A stretch of DNA of 64,000 bases. Source: Callorhinchus milii (taxonomy: Eukaryota). The stretch spans positions 93,126,001-93,190,000 of the forward strand of contig NW_024704742.1 in NCBI RefSeq assembly GCF_018977255.1, in the 5' to 3' direction. The position numbers and the translations under genes were made by a program. The notes beneath the pieces are model-generated. The model did not search any database. It had not been told where the DNA came from and saw only the letters and a program-made list of their open reading frames with translations. Positions within the stretch are counted from its first letter, which is position 1. Each line of letters starts with the position of its first letter. Positions 10,856 to 23,583 of this stretch are shown in pieces.

Positions 10856-11099
10856 TCATATCTGGAGGACATCACAAAACCCGTATAAAGGGAACCGGTA
10901 AACTTGAGTATTCAATCAATAAAATATATCTAATTAGGTGTCAGCCTTTGCTTGGAGTCAGAAGATGGTGAGTTCAATCCCACATTGCTACTAAACCAGG
11001 GTGGTCCAACTGGTGACCCACAGGCTTTATCCAGCCCAGGAGATGATTTAATTCGGCTCACAAACACAGTCATATTGTGTGTCCTGTGACTTGGTCTGA

Positions 11100-11320
11100 C
11101 CTGGCGGGAAAAACTGCGACAGATAATCCCTCAAAAACAAAACAATAATAAATTGGTCATTTTCAATCCACGACTGTTTGTGCGACACTGCTGTGCACAA
11201 TTGGCTGCCGCGTTTCACCCACAAATATACAGTCAATTCACTTTACAGCATATTCTGTGAAGCGCGTTGAGACGTCTAGAAGCGCTATATCAAATGCAAT
11301 GACTTATTATTATTATTATC
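11100..11320 (+). mobile_element. SINE, 5'-truncated
   Basis: Homologous to the 3' portion of full-length SINE copies, with an (ATT)n tail. Confidence 0.85.
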
Positions 11321-11804
11321 ACTCAACATTTATGATGAGTAGAATGGATTAATGTACTTGGATTCTGCTATGTATAATATGTAACAGCATTCAATAATCT
11401 TTCTACTTTCTACTTCAGTGGTACTGTTCACTATGGCGTTGAGCATCACCATTTACTATGCTGAAATGGAATTATTATGTAGAAGGTATGGTTTGACACT
11501 TGCATTATCAGTACACGTTCCTCACTTCTAATTCAGTTGTTCATACTTGATGCCAGTTTTAATACAATTCTTTAGCACACTGGTGTTAGTAAGACATAGC
11601 TCTCCCTGGATCAGCGTCAAGCTCCACCACTGTTAAGCACTACAAGATACTATCTTGCAAGATGCTGTTGTTCCTCTCTTAATCTGACCTCCCCTTTGGC
11701 TCAGAGCATCAATAGTTAAACAATATCTGAGGTCTGCTCACATATGAACAAAGGTCTTTGATCTTAATGAATCATTGAAGCTTGTTGGAGGTTTAAAAGA
11801 GTTA

Positions 11805-12250
11805 TTATAGTAATAATCCTTGGATTTGATGTAGCACCTCATCATGCATCTATATGATTTAAAGCACTTCAAAGGATATATTGTAAAGTAGTATCAGGGT
11901 GTATTTTGTAGGCAAAGTAGGCAGTTAATTTGCACACAGCAGTGTTCCACAACAGCCATGGAGTGAGTGACCAATTATATTTGGGGAATAATTGGCTAGA
12001 ACACCATGGAAAACTCCCTTTTCTTTTTGAATAATGTCGTGGGATCTTTCACACCCACCTAAGCAGCAGATGGGACTTCAGTTTAATGTCTCATCTGAAT
12101 GACGGCACCTCCAACAATGCAGCACACACCAGCACCAGTACTGCACTGGAGTGTTGGTGTAGACTATATGAGTTCCAAGTCCCGATAGGGTGCTTGAACC
12201 TACAACCTTCTGACTCAGAGACAAGATTACTTCCTCCCAGGCCGACACAC
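11805..12250 (-). mobile_element. Deu-domain SINE (DeuSINE, SacSINE1/AmnSINE1-like core)
   Basis: Minus strand reads tRNA-like GTCAGAAGGTTGTAGGTTCAAG, then Deu-like core GGAGGTGCCGTCATTCAGATGAGACATTAAAC...AAAGATCCCACGAC, then an L2-like tail. Confidence 0.75.
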
Positions 12251-12569
12251 AAGTAAAGTTATTTAAGTAAAGGGGTGAAAGGTCTTAGCCATTATCTTTG
12301 GCCTTCTTAAAGTTCAATGTGTTTACACCCAAGTGTGGCCAACTTGAGGACAATTTTTTTTCAACCATCCTCTAGATAGTCCAAAGCCTGCTAGCTGCTG
12401 GATATATTTTATGTACATAGAGTGACATAACAGCTTTCAATTAAAAAAAAATCACATCTCATTGAACACATATGAGTTATCGTGCATATTCAGATGTCAC
12501 ACAACCTTACTCCAAATTTCCAGAATCGGAGACCTCTCACTGCAGATCAGTGTCGAAAGTTCCTAGCTT

Positions 12570-13135
12570 TCTTAGTCAATACACATCAGAAATCTCAGCC
12601 TTTCATTACACATTAAGAAATCACACACACATCATCAGACATCATCAGACTTTCAGAAATCACAGATTGAAGAAACACATCCTGTAGACTCAGAAATCAA
12701 ACACCTGTCAATACATTAAAAAATCACACACTGATTGCCCCACATTCAGAAATCACACACCCATCATCACACATTCAAAAATCACACAGCCATCACAACA
12801 TATTCAGAAATCATACACACATCACCACAGATTCAAAAATCACATACCCGTTGCCACATATGCAGAAATCACACACATATCATCACACAATACAATACAA
12901 AATAACATTTGTAAAGCAGCTTTCATGTTGGCAGGACGTCCCAAGGCACTGGAAGTCACACATTCAGAAGTCACATCTATCATGACATATTCACAAATTA
13001 AACGCCCATCGCCACATTCAGATATCACACACCGATCATCACACAATCAGAAATCACACACCCATCATTACACATTCATTGCCACACTTTCAGAAATCAC
13101 ACACTTACTGATTACATATTCAGACATCACAACCC
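12570..13135. repeat. Degenerate ~30-bp tandem repeat (CACATTCAGAAATCACACAC...)
   Basis: Recurrent TTCAGAAATCACAC motif at a spacing of ~30 bp. A short L2-tail fragment is embedded at ~12900-12950. Confidence 0.75.
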
Positions 13136-13207
13136 ACCAGTACCTATTTGTCACAATTTTTTGATTTTCTTGCTTATCTATCAGTAGACTCTCTTGTTCA
13201 CTACCAA

Positions 13208-15125
13208 TACAACAACAACAACAACAACAAGATTCCATTTATAAAGCGCCTTTCACGTCAGGAGGACGTCCCAAGGCGCTGCACAGTTGGGTCATGACCC
13301 GAGCAGGGGGGAAATGGTCAGGGTGAGGGGAGGGAGCGAGGAGGGGGGAAATGGTCAGGGTGAGGGGAGGGGAGGGGAGGGAGCGAGAAGGGGGAAGAGA
13401 GTCGAGAGGGGAGCTGAAGGCTCGGTCAAAGAGAAAGGTTTTGAGACCGGCCTTGAAGGAGGAAAGGGAGGAAGCAAGGCGAAGGCACTGGGGGATAGAG
13501 TTCCAGAGCCTCGGGGCTGAGAGGCTGAAGGCCCGACCACCAATGGCGATTGGGGCGGGGGACATGGAGCAGACCGGAGCCGGAGGAACGGAGGGTACGG
13601 GCAGGTAGGTAGGGGGATAGTAGGTTGGAGAGGTAGGAGGGAGCAAGGCCGTGAATGGCCTTGTAGGTGAGGATGAGGATCTTGAAATCAATCCTCTGGG
13701 GGATGGGGAGCCAGTGGAGGCGAGCGAGGGTGGGAGTGATGTGGTCCCGAGGCCTGGTGCGGGACAGTACACGAGCTGCAGAGTTCTGAATGACCTGCAG
13801 CTTGTGGAGGGAGGTGGCGGGAAGGCCGGCGAGGAGAGAGTTCCCATAGTCCAGCCTTGAGGTGACAAAGGCGTGAACCAGGGTTTCAGCCGCGTGAGGG
13901 GTGAGGTATTGGCGTAGTCTGGCGATGTTCCGGAGGTGATGGAAGGCGGTGCCAGTTGTGGTGCGGATGTGAGGGAGAAAGGACAGCTCAGGGTCGAACA
14001 AAACGCCGAGGTTCCTGACTGGCTTTGAGAGGTGGAGAGTGCAGCCTTGGATGCTGATGGTGTCAGCGCCTGAGGTGCGGAGGCGCTGACGTGAACCAAT
14101 CAGGAGGGCCTCGGTTTTTCGCACGTTGAGCTGAAGAAAGTTGTCTCTCGTCCAGGACTCGATGTCGGACAGGCAGCTGTCAGGACATCGGTGGTCGTGG
14201 AGTTGAGAGTAGAGGAGGAAAGGTAGAGTTGGGTGTCATCCGCATACATGTGGAAGTTAACTCCATGTCTGCGGATGATGTCACCGAGGGGGAGCATGTA
14301 GAGGGTGAAGAGGAGGGGACCGAGGACAGAGCCCTGAGGGACACCACATGAGACAGTACGGGGGGTGGAGGAGAAGCCATTCGTCGAGACAAAGTGAAGA
14401 CGGTGAGAAAGGTACGACCTAAACCATTCAAGGACAGTGCCTTGAAGGTTGAGGTGGGAGGACAAGCGGTGGAGTAGGATAGCGTGGTCGACCGTATCGA
14501 ATGCTGCCGATAGGTCGAGGAGGACGAGGAGCAGAGGGAGCCCTGGTCACAGATGGTCAGGATATCATTGGTGACCTTGACCAGGGCAGTTTCTGTGCTA
14601 TGGGCAGCACGGAAACCTGACTGAAGGGGTTCGAAAAGAGAATGGGTGGAAAGGAAAGAGCGCAGTTGGGAGGCGACAACTCTTTCCAGGACCTTGGAGA
14701 GAAAGGGGAGGTTGGAGATGGGCCGGTAGCTTGATAGCTGCGACGCATCAAGGGAGGGTTTTTTCAGGGTGGGCGTGATGGTGGCAGTTTTTAAGGGAAT
14801 GGGGACAGAGCCAGAGGAGAGGGACAGGTTGATGATGTCGGTGATATGTGGGGCAAGAAAGTGGAGCTGGGAGATAAGGAGTGGAGTGGGGATGGGGTCA
14901 AGGGAGCAGGTGGTTGGTTTTAGGGATAGGATGAGTTTCGTGACAGAGGGTGGGAAAACGGGTACAAAAGTGAGTAGGGGAGGATGGGTAGCAGTCGGAG
15001 TGTGAGAGTGAGGGGGTGGGGGGTTGGTGGATGTTGGAGGGGAAGTGACCGCGGAGCGAATTCCCTTGATCTTGGATTCAAGGAAATCCAGCATCTCCTC
15101 GCAGTGAAGGTTGGAGGAGATGACC
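13208..15125 (-). mobile_element. L2-clade LINE, 5'-truncated, ORF2 reverse transcriptase with frameshifts
   Basis: [80 protein letters not shown] and LHWLPIPQRIDFKI spread over several overlapping ORFs; (AAC)n tail at 13208. Confidence 0.95.
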
Positions 15126-16004
15126 CAGATGGAGATGGAGGAGAATACCAGCTATACACAGCTTTGCTCCTTCCACGCCTAACATGCACCCATTACCAGA
15201 CATTGTCTGGCTTATCTACAAAATATAATCACTGTACTTTACAGTGTCTCCTATGAAGTGCTTTGAGATGTCCTCCCGACATAAATACACAATATCAAAT
15301 AAGGATTCTTGTTATTAGTATTGTTTTTGTAGGAACAACCTATCAAGCTCACACTAATCCTTTATCGAGCCCAACAATAAAGCACCAGAAATGGCACTTC
15401 AGTCTCTATGAAATTAGGATAAATACAACAACAATCTGACCAGTTCCTTTTCCAATAAAAAAGCTTTAAAAATTCTGAATTCTAATCATAGACTTTAAAA
15501 GTGGTAAGTAAAATAATTAATTCAATAAAAAAATAGAAGGTTTTACTGATAAATTATTTCACTTTGCAAAACAGCATTTTTTCTTCATTGTAGCAGCACA
15601 GTCAGGTCTCTGTTCTCTCTCTCTCCTCTCTTTCTCTTTTCCTCTCTTGGTCTGATTGCTCCTCTCTGGCCCAGAACCTGCACGATTAAACCATTTCAGA
15701 GGTCTGCCCACGTTTCATCAATGGCCTTTGATCTTAATGGTCCATCCATTGAAGTGTATCTCAGGACTTCAAAGGACTGATTCAGCTCAACACGTAAACT
15801 CACTTATATTCTCGGTCTCAACATACTTATATCTGAGAATTTGCAGTTTGGAAGATTCTGGAACAGAAACCATCACAGAAGGTTGATTCAATTTCAACAT
15901 TTCATTGCCAAGCTTGTGACCCTAGAGCCAGCTCAGATCCATGGAGACCCCATATTATATTGTTATTATTGTTATTATTATATTATTATATTATCCCTTC
16001 CTTT

Positions 16005-17097
16005 TGTGACGGTTCTCACCCCTTAATGTTTACCTGCGTTATGACAAAGCGCACAGTGTACTCTCTGTGACGTGCACGTTCCCTTTCTAAGTGAAATGTC
16101 ACTATGTGAGAATTAACAATACCATATAACGCAACAATGGGATGCAGTGGCATTCACACTGACAGCTGAATTCTGCAGTAACGTGTTTGTGTCTCTCCCA
16201 CCCTCCTTGAATTTAACAGGGACTCGAGATGCACTTTTTAGAAAATACAATGGTATTTTATTGGTCCTTACAACCCTCTGCCTCACTTACACTGCTCGAT
16301 AATATAGGGGCCATCAATATACAATAGTCACAAATAGATCAAATAGGGAAGTTAGAAGAAATGTCTTCACACAAAGAGTAGTGGGAATGTAGAACATGCT
16401 ACCACAAGGAGTTGTTGAGGCAAATAGCATAGATGTATTTAAGGGAACGCGAGATAGGTACATGAGGGAGAAAGGAATAGAAGGTTATGCTTGAAGGCTT
16501 AGTTGAGGAAGGACAGGAGGAAGCTTTTGTGGAGCATAAACACCGGCATAGACCAGTTGGGCCGAATGGCCTGTTTCTGTGCTGTAAATTCTAATGTATT
16601 GTAATGTAATCTAATATAATAAGCAGTCGCAACATTAAGAAATAGAAAAACGCTGACACCACAACTATGACACTAGGAACTTAACCCAAAGTTAGTCGAC
16701 AAAGAAAAAACAATCTTGACCTGGAGACAAGGCTGTCAGATCAGACACGTACCTCCTTGATGACACTGAAGGCGAAGAGTGTCCCTGAGTCTAATGAACC
16801 CCTCCTTTTATACAATTTTAACTCCTCCCTTTTTCAATGTATCTCTTGATACCTTTTCACGCCTTTTTTGTGACAACACTCACCCAGGTCACAGACTTTG
16901 TGTCTTCAAGGCATTACTGCTTTAAATTATATTTTCGATCCTTGGACGCAATTGCACTCAAAGCGAAGCAGCTTATTTTAACACAAACTCTCTATACACA
17001 GACTATCTACAGCAAATATCATTAGAACGAGGTAGAGCGTTAATAAAAGCAAGGTGTTCATGACACTTCCCCCAGGAGGCTAGGAACTTTCGACACA
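16005..17097 (-). mobile_element. LTR-like element, second copy of the 6609 family, containing a CR1 3' insertion
   Basis: Starts TGTGACGGTTCTCACCCC and shares internal blocks with 6609-7310. Right boundary uncertain. Confidence 0.45.
16320..16612 (+). mobile_element. CR1 LINE 3' fragment
   Basis: TTCACACAAAGAGTAGTGGGAATGTAGAAC...GGGCCGAATGGCCTGTTTCTGTGCTGTAAATTCTA, a typical CR1 end. Confidence 0.8.
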
Positions 17098-19074
17098 AGA
17101 CTTTTTAGAATCAAGCACCTACTGTAATAAAAATAAGAATCCTTACATTTGATGCATATTGGGAGGATGTCTGAAAGTACTTCATAGGATTTACTGTAAG
17201 GTGGAGTGACTGTACTTTTTTAGGCAAATGCAGCAGTCAATTATTTCACAGCAACATTCTACAAACAGCCATGCAGGCATATCACCTTTTGAATATCAGA
17301 TTTGTCCCTTGTTATATCCTTACATTCAGTGATGACACTCCAAGTAAATTGTTTTTTTTCCAAACACATCTAACCTATAAATGCACCTTCCATTGTTGCT
17401 GTCCACACATGTCGTTTACTGTAAATGGTCCATACGTGCTATAGCACGTGCTCCGAGAGGCTGCTATTCTGTTCCCCCAACACATGGACACCTATATCTG
17501 ACTTGGTTATGCCAAAGTGTCCAACTATGGCAAAGTTCAGTTAAATCGGAGCGGTCCACCTTGGCTATGTGTTTGGAATGTCAATTGTCCACAATACTGT
17601 TATAATTTTTCAGCCTGAATTCAAATGGGTTATAGTAGGTAAATGTTTCATTGGTCAGGTCAACACAATAGTCAAAAGACAGTCTTCATTCCTGCAGGAT
17701 TACTTACCAAGCTTTCTGTATTGATCGCCAATAATTGTTTTCAAGAACACATGGACCTGCAGATGATAGCATCTAAATGTAAACGTGTTAAATGGTCCAG
17801 TTTTTGTACCAGATCTCAACGGCTGAAGGTGTTTGGAGAACAGATATTTCAAGTTGTGTCTGAGCCATCAGTTCCAAACATTTAAGAATGATTTACTAAA
17901 CAGGCAAGGGAAGGTCGGGACCTCTTGTCAAATTTAGAAAAGATAGTCGACTGTAGGGTTGCAGCAGATACTCAGGTGAGAGAATCTTCCCTCATCAAAT
18001 TCGGGGTGTGATATCAGGCTGAATCATTTGTAAACTGACTTACAAGAATAAAACTCACAGGCTTACTGAAAAAGTATCATAGGATTATCCTAAAAGAGCT
18101 TCCCACTATTATGTTCCTTTACACTACAGGGATTAATTAATGCCTGGGGAGGCCAGTTAACTGGCAGGAAGTAGAGTGGAAAACCAGAAGGACCAACAAA
18201 TAAACTTAGAAAAAGGCAAGCACTGCAGGTGAATCAGCGGAGACTCTTAGGTAAGCCAGGAGGGGAACAAATTGACTGTAGCAAATCATACCCTGCTGCT
18301 AAGGGAAATAGGGCAACATATGTTAAAGCCCAGTGTTTATCAATGTCCCAGGACACTAAGAAAGGGCAAGGTTCAACATCAAAAGGGGTTGACTGCCAAT
18401 GGAGAAAAAAGGAAGTATCATGTTATCTAGTGTTCATCCTTAATGTTGAAGCCAGTAAACTCAGAAAGGGCAGGGTTCAACATTAGAAGTGACAGACTGT
18501 CAATGAAGAATACAAGGCAGTATTCTCCTGCTATACTCCAGGCTCAATGAGACAAATCGGATAGATTCATCAGCGCTGAAATCCCATATATAAGACCATT
18601 TCACTGTAACATTTAAGATTGTGTAAAACTGAGGAAAATTCTTAAATTCAGCTTTCCCTGCCCTTCCAGGTCTTGTCTGTGAGCCATTTTAAAATGAAAT
18701 GGTCTGATAGGCTGAGATTAGGTGAAATTTCAGACTCCATCTAACTTTCTGAATAGAATGAGACATGCATTTCTCATTGCAGAGTTGACACTAAACCAAT
18801 AAAAGATTGTGTCCTCAACAACAACAACAATTTGCAATTATATTGGACCCTTCACACATGTTAGGGTCTTGGAATGCCTATCAATGAGTGGGTCCTGACA
18901 TTTGTAATGCGCTCTGAGATACTAGTCCATATGAAGGGTGCTACATAAATGCAAGCTGTTGTCAGATGGGTCAACTTTTCTGTTCCTTGTGTGCTATTGA
19001 AACATATTTGGAATGAACACTTAATTCAGTGAGAGGTTCCACTCCCGTGCAGATAAAGATGCACAATAATTATA

Positions 19075-19480
19075 ATAATCCTTTCATTTGATATGTGCCT
19101 TATCACAACATTGAAATATCTCAAAGCACTCAAAAGGATTTTGGATCCTTGCAGCGATTTTGTATTTGTAGGCAAATATAGTAGCCAACTTGTGTACAGG
19201 AGTGTCTTACTAACAACCATGAAATGAATGACCAATTTTATTTGAAATTTTTTGGCCAGGATACTGGGAGAATCTCCCTTCTCTTTTCAAATTTTGTCCT
19301 GGGATACTTAATGTCCACTACAACAGGCAGATGGGACCATAGGTTGCTGTCCCATCTGAAGGATAGCAATTCCAACAATATAGTGCTCCCTAGACTGTGA
19401 ATTCAAATTCCTGAATTGGGGAATTGCTTGAACTCACAACCTTCTGACAGAAATGAGACTGTTATCAACTGAACTAGGCT
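19075..19480 (-). mobile_element. Degenerate DeuSINE
   Basis: Homologous to 11805-12250. Confidence 0.65.
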
Positions 19481-21934
19481 GACACCAAGATAAAGAAGCA
19501 TGTAGAAAAGCAAATGAAATAGACAGGTTCGAGATCCACATTGAAAACTGCTCTTGTGACTTGTACTGGTTGACATAACAATTTAATATTTTTTCTATCT
19601 GATCTTTGGACCACCACATGAGGAACATTTACTTTCTCCAAGGTGACTGGTTTGCCAATGTGTCTGTATTCCACTCCTGGGCCGAAGTTCAGCTACTATA
19701 GAAGACCTGCCTTTAATAACAATAAAGTGAAGTTACTGGACATAGTTATAGTTACATACTATATCAATACTGGTTTCATTTCCTCGATTGTGATATACTG
19801 CAGGAGAGAGAGTGTTTAAATGGGGGGCAGTGGAGTAAGAGGGAGAGTGTTTAAATGGAATAGGGGGAGGGGGGAGACTAAGTAACTTAATTAATAGAGC
19901 AAAACAACATTTGTGCATCACAAAGTGAGTCACAAACTCATTCATTCCATTAGAGTGCAATTGTGAGTTCGGACACTGGGCGAGAGAAGCATTTTTTAAT
20001 CAAAATCTTATTGACTTCAGAGCAATAGGAGTTCTACATAAACAACAATTTAGAGTATACAACATGGACCTAATGAAGAAGTGAGAGGTTCTCAGGAATG
20101 CACCAATAGCTTATTTTATCACATTGAGGATTATGTTTCCATTCATTGAATTACAGTTTTGTTTTCATCCTTCAGTGCAGGTGGCAATGCAGGGAGTAAG
20201 ACCCACTGTTGGGGAGAAAAATAAAACTCCAAATAGCAACAATATGACTCTGAGTTCTACTGTGAACTGCCCCAAAACATGTTTTGAAGAGCTGCATATC
20301 TTGCAGCTCAGTCAACTATAAACCGCTTGGGGTTCATTCTTGTATTTTGTGTTATCTGATCACTTCAATAAGATTGCTGTCTTACAGCTGGTTTACAGTT
20401 ATCATTCCTTTACTCAAATAACTCTTTTCTCCCGTGAAGTGGAGCATTTCAGATACTTATTCAAAGTAAACTAATGTACTTTGAATGTACTGTACTCATG
20501 TAAACCCAAGTACTTTTCAGCTGATCTTGAACAATAGTTGAAAACCTTTAGAGTTGAGACATAACATCTACTGTAGTTTAAAAAGAATTGCCATATTCTG
20601 TGTGGGTTTTTTTTGCTCGTACCCCACTCTTCTGCCCTCCCTCTCTGCATCCTTTGTTTGCTCAGCACTACCATCGGTGGCCGAGCCTTCGGTCATTAAA
20701 TAGTAAACTCTGGAACTTCCCGACTCAATCCCTCCAACCTAACCTCCTCTTTATCTATCTTTAAATCCCACCCTAAAAGCTAACTTTTTGACCACTGCGA
20801 AGTGCTCCGAGCTATTATCCTATGTGAGGAGAGTTATATAATTGCAAGCTGTTATATACATTAGTTTCAATGTACTTACATTAGAGGTGCTTCAGCACAC
20901 CAGTAATTCCACTTCCTTCAAACCACTGGAGAGACAACACCAAATTGCACTTAAATAGCACCTTTCACATAGGATGAGGTCTCAAAGTGTTTTCAGACTC
21001 AGGAGTGAGCATATCCCACCTGTCACTCTCCCATGGGCTATATGTGAAACTCAGTCAACTGCCAAAGGGTGGAATGCATGTTCAATTAGACATTTTAAAA
21101 TTTTTAATTAGTTAATTTTTACATTTTTAATTAGTGAGTTATTTCTGAAAGAATTGCCATATTGGTGATGCAGTAAAGACCCCTTTAAAAATCAGGATAC
21201 AAGGAATTAAAAATCAGACAATGAGATTACTGTTCTGTTCCCCCTTCCCAAATATCCATTTCCAGACTATTGAGTAATCTAATCATTAGATGTGTGACTG
21301 TCAGTACACAACAGGTGGTCAGATAAACCATGACTGATCTTGCAGGTGCTGGGAAGGAAAGTGAGCTAGCAACAAGGATATAGAATTAGTTTCTACACAA
21401 TACAATCACTACACTTTACAATATATGCCGTGAGGCGCTTTGAGACGTTCTCCTGACATGAAAGGCGCTATATCAAATGTAAACATTATTATTATTATCT
21501 TATCATGATGAAGGAATATGCTAAGCAACTATAAATCCAATACCAGAGCCCAGTTGAACAATGGAAGCAACAATACAAGAGGCTATGTTCAGTTCTAAGT
21601 TAGAATTTCTTGAAATACCTTGTAAAGAAGCAACAGGAGTTATTGTGTTTCCATAATGTAAAGCCAGAAAACAGCAGTGCTGACCCTTGAACTTCACTAT
21701 GTAGAACAGATGCACTTTTTAATTTTTTTTTAGTTTCACATGACATCGTGAAGTAATACAATATATAATCATCCTTGCATTTGTCAGCTTTTTATCACAT
21801 CATCGAGATGTCTCAAAGTGCTTTACTGGATTTACTGTAAAGTGTGTCACTGCATTTGTGTGTCAGCCTAGCTCAGTTGGTAGCCCTCTTATCTCTGATT
21901 CAGAAGGTCATGGCTTCAAACCCCACTTCAGCCT

Positions 21935-22315
21935 CTCCGCTGTTTCCCCAGGAGCTCAGATCCATAAAGGAGGATTGTTTGCACACAGGTCTTAAATTCC
22001 ACAAGCTTGACCTGCATTGGGACATTGCTGTCCTTCAGGAGAGATGAACACGGTCTTTCAGGACTATGAACAAGCAAAAGCTATGTCCAACACAACACCC
22101 AGATACCAATAAGAATCAACAATTGGGACTATTGCTCCTTGTATCTTCCAATTGATATCCTCGTTGTCTTCTCTTGAGGCGTGCAGAAGCATGATTCCGT
22201 ACTTGGGTGCATTCACCATCATGTCCCAACGATTGGCCCAGTGTTCAAGATGGTGAGTGCAATGCAACAGGTCCCCAGGTGAGTACGGCAGCAGCACAAT
22301 ATCATCCACAAACAA
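21935..22315 (-). mobile_element. Non-LTR retrotransposon RT fragment (RTE/RTEX-like), inserted in a DeuSINE
   Basis: LFVDDIVLL...LEHWANRWDMMVNAPKYGIM...IVDSYWYLGV and, after a frameshift, VQTILLYGSELLG. Confidence 0.7.
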
Positions 22316-23486
22316 TTAAAAAAAGATTACGGATTATAGTAACTATGCATGTTGTAGGCGAATGTGGTAACCAAAGAGCACAGCAGTGTCCCACAAACAG
22401 CCATGAAGCAAATATCCGATTTTACCTAGAAATAACTGGTACCCAACCAACACAGAAATAATAGTACCAGAGATTGGGGAAAATTCCTGAATATCAGGCA
22501 ACGCAACATTGCTCCCAGGTTTTCTTGTGCGTTTCCAGGACCTCTGATTTAGATAATGACAAGTGTGTGAGGGTGGGAGGGAGGAGAACCAGTTTAAAAG
22601 ATTTTGCCCATGTTTTTGAATGTTCAGAACACCATCTTATTGATTTGTTCTGGAGCCTATTCATTTTGCAACAGAGAACTCGCTACACAGGCAATGAGAG
22701 AGCTGACGTTAAGAAGGTAATAGTCAAGTTTTGCCCCAGAAAAATCTGCACTTGTCATGTAGTTCTGCTGATACAGGCTGGCCTGCCTTTGCAGCAGAAC
22801 TCATGGTAAAAAAGTGGCAGAAGAGATAAAACTAATGAACAGCTGCAAACTTCAAAGGAATACGTAAACCTCTTAAGAAGTGTGTAAACTTAAATGGGCT
22901 TTGGTTTTATTTCTTTGAGAAAAAGGAAGCATCAATTGCAATATATTTCAAGCGGTATATAAACCCATTCATTTTTACTTAAATTAAGTCAGAGAGAATG
23001 TCAGAACCTGGCTAGATCAGTTGATATAGCAGTTCAGCAAAGTTCACCCAAGACAGTAACTCTTTGAGTCTAAGAGTCAAACTATAGTTCTGCTATAAAG
23101 CAATAGATAGCAGCCTGTTTGAAATAAAGAGATTTTCAAAATGCTTTTAAAATGAGATAGCACTAATAAATAATAAGGAGCAGGGGCTACTCCCATTCAT
23201 CACCTAATACCCTTACAAACCAAAGCTCTAATGGGGCTGGACAAGCAGTGGGAAGTTTGCCGGATAGTGCTCTCAATGGCAAGCTCCACTGTTTTAACTG
23301 ATTAAACTCCAGCAGTACCCAACACACACTCTTGGACTTGGCTCTTGCCCAGCTGCGCCTTATCAGAAGTTGAGAGAAAAAGGTCCAGTGAAAAGAACCT
23401 TAAGGGTAAAATATCTGTGAGCCTGGGTTGAAACATTTTTATTATTGTTGCCCAATCATTATCGCCCCCAATTTACACTCTGTTTT

Positions 23487-23583
23487 GCTACCTACCTACC
23501 TACCTACCTACCCACCCACTCATCCACCTACCTACCTATCCACCCACCTACCTACCTACCTACCTACCTAGCTACCTACCTAC
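23487..23583. repeat. (CTAC/CCAC)n microsatellite
   Basis: Directly visible. Confidence 0.9.
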
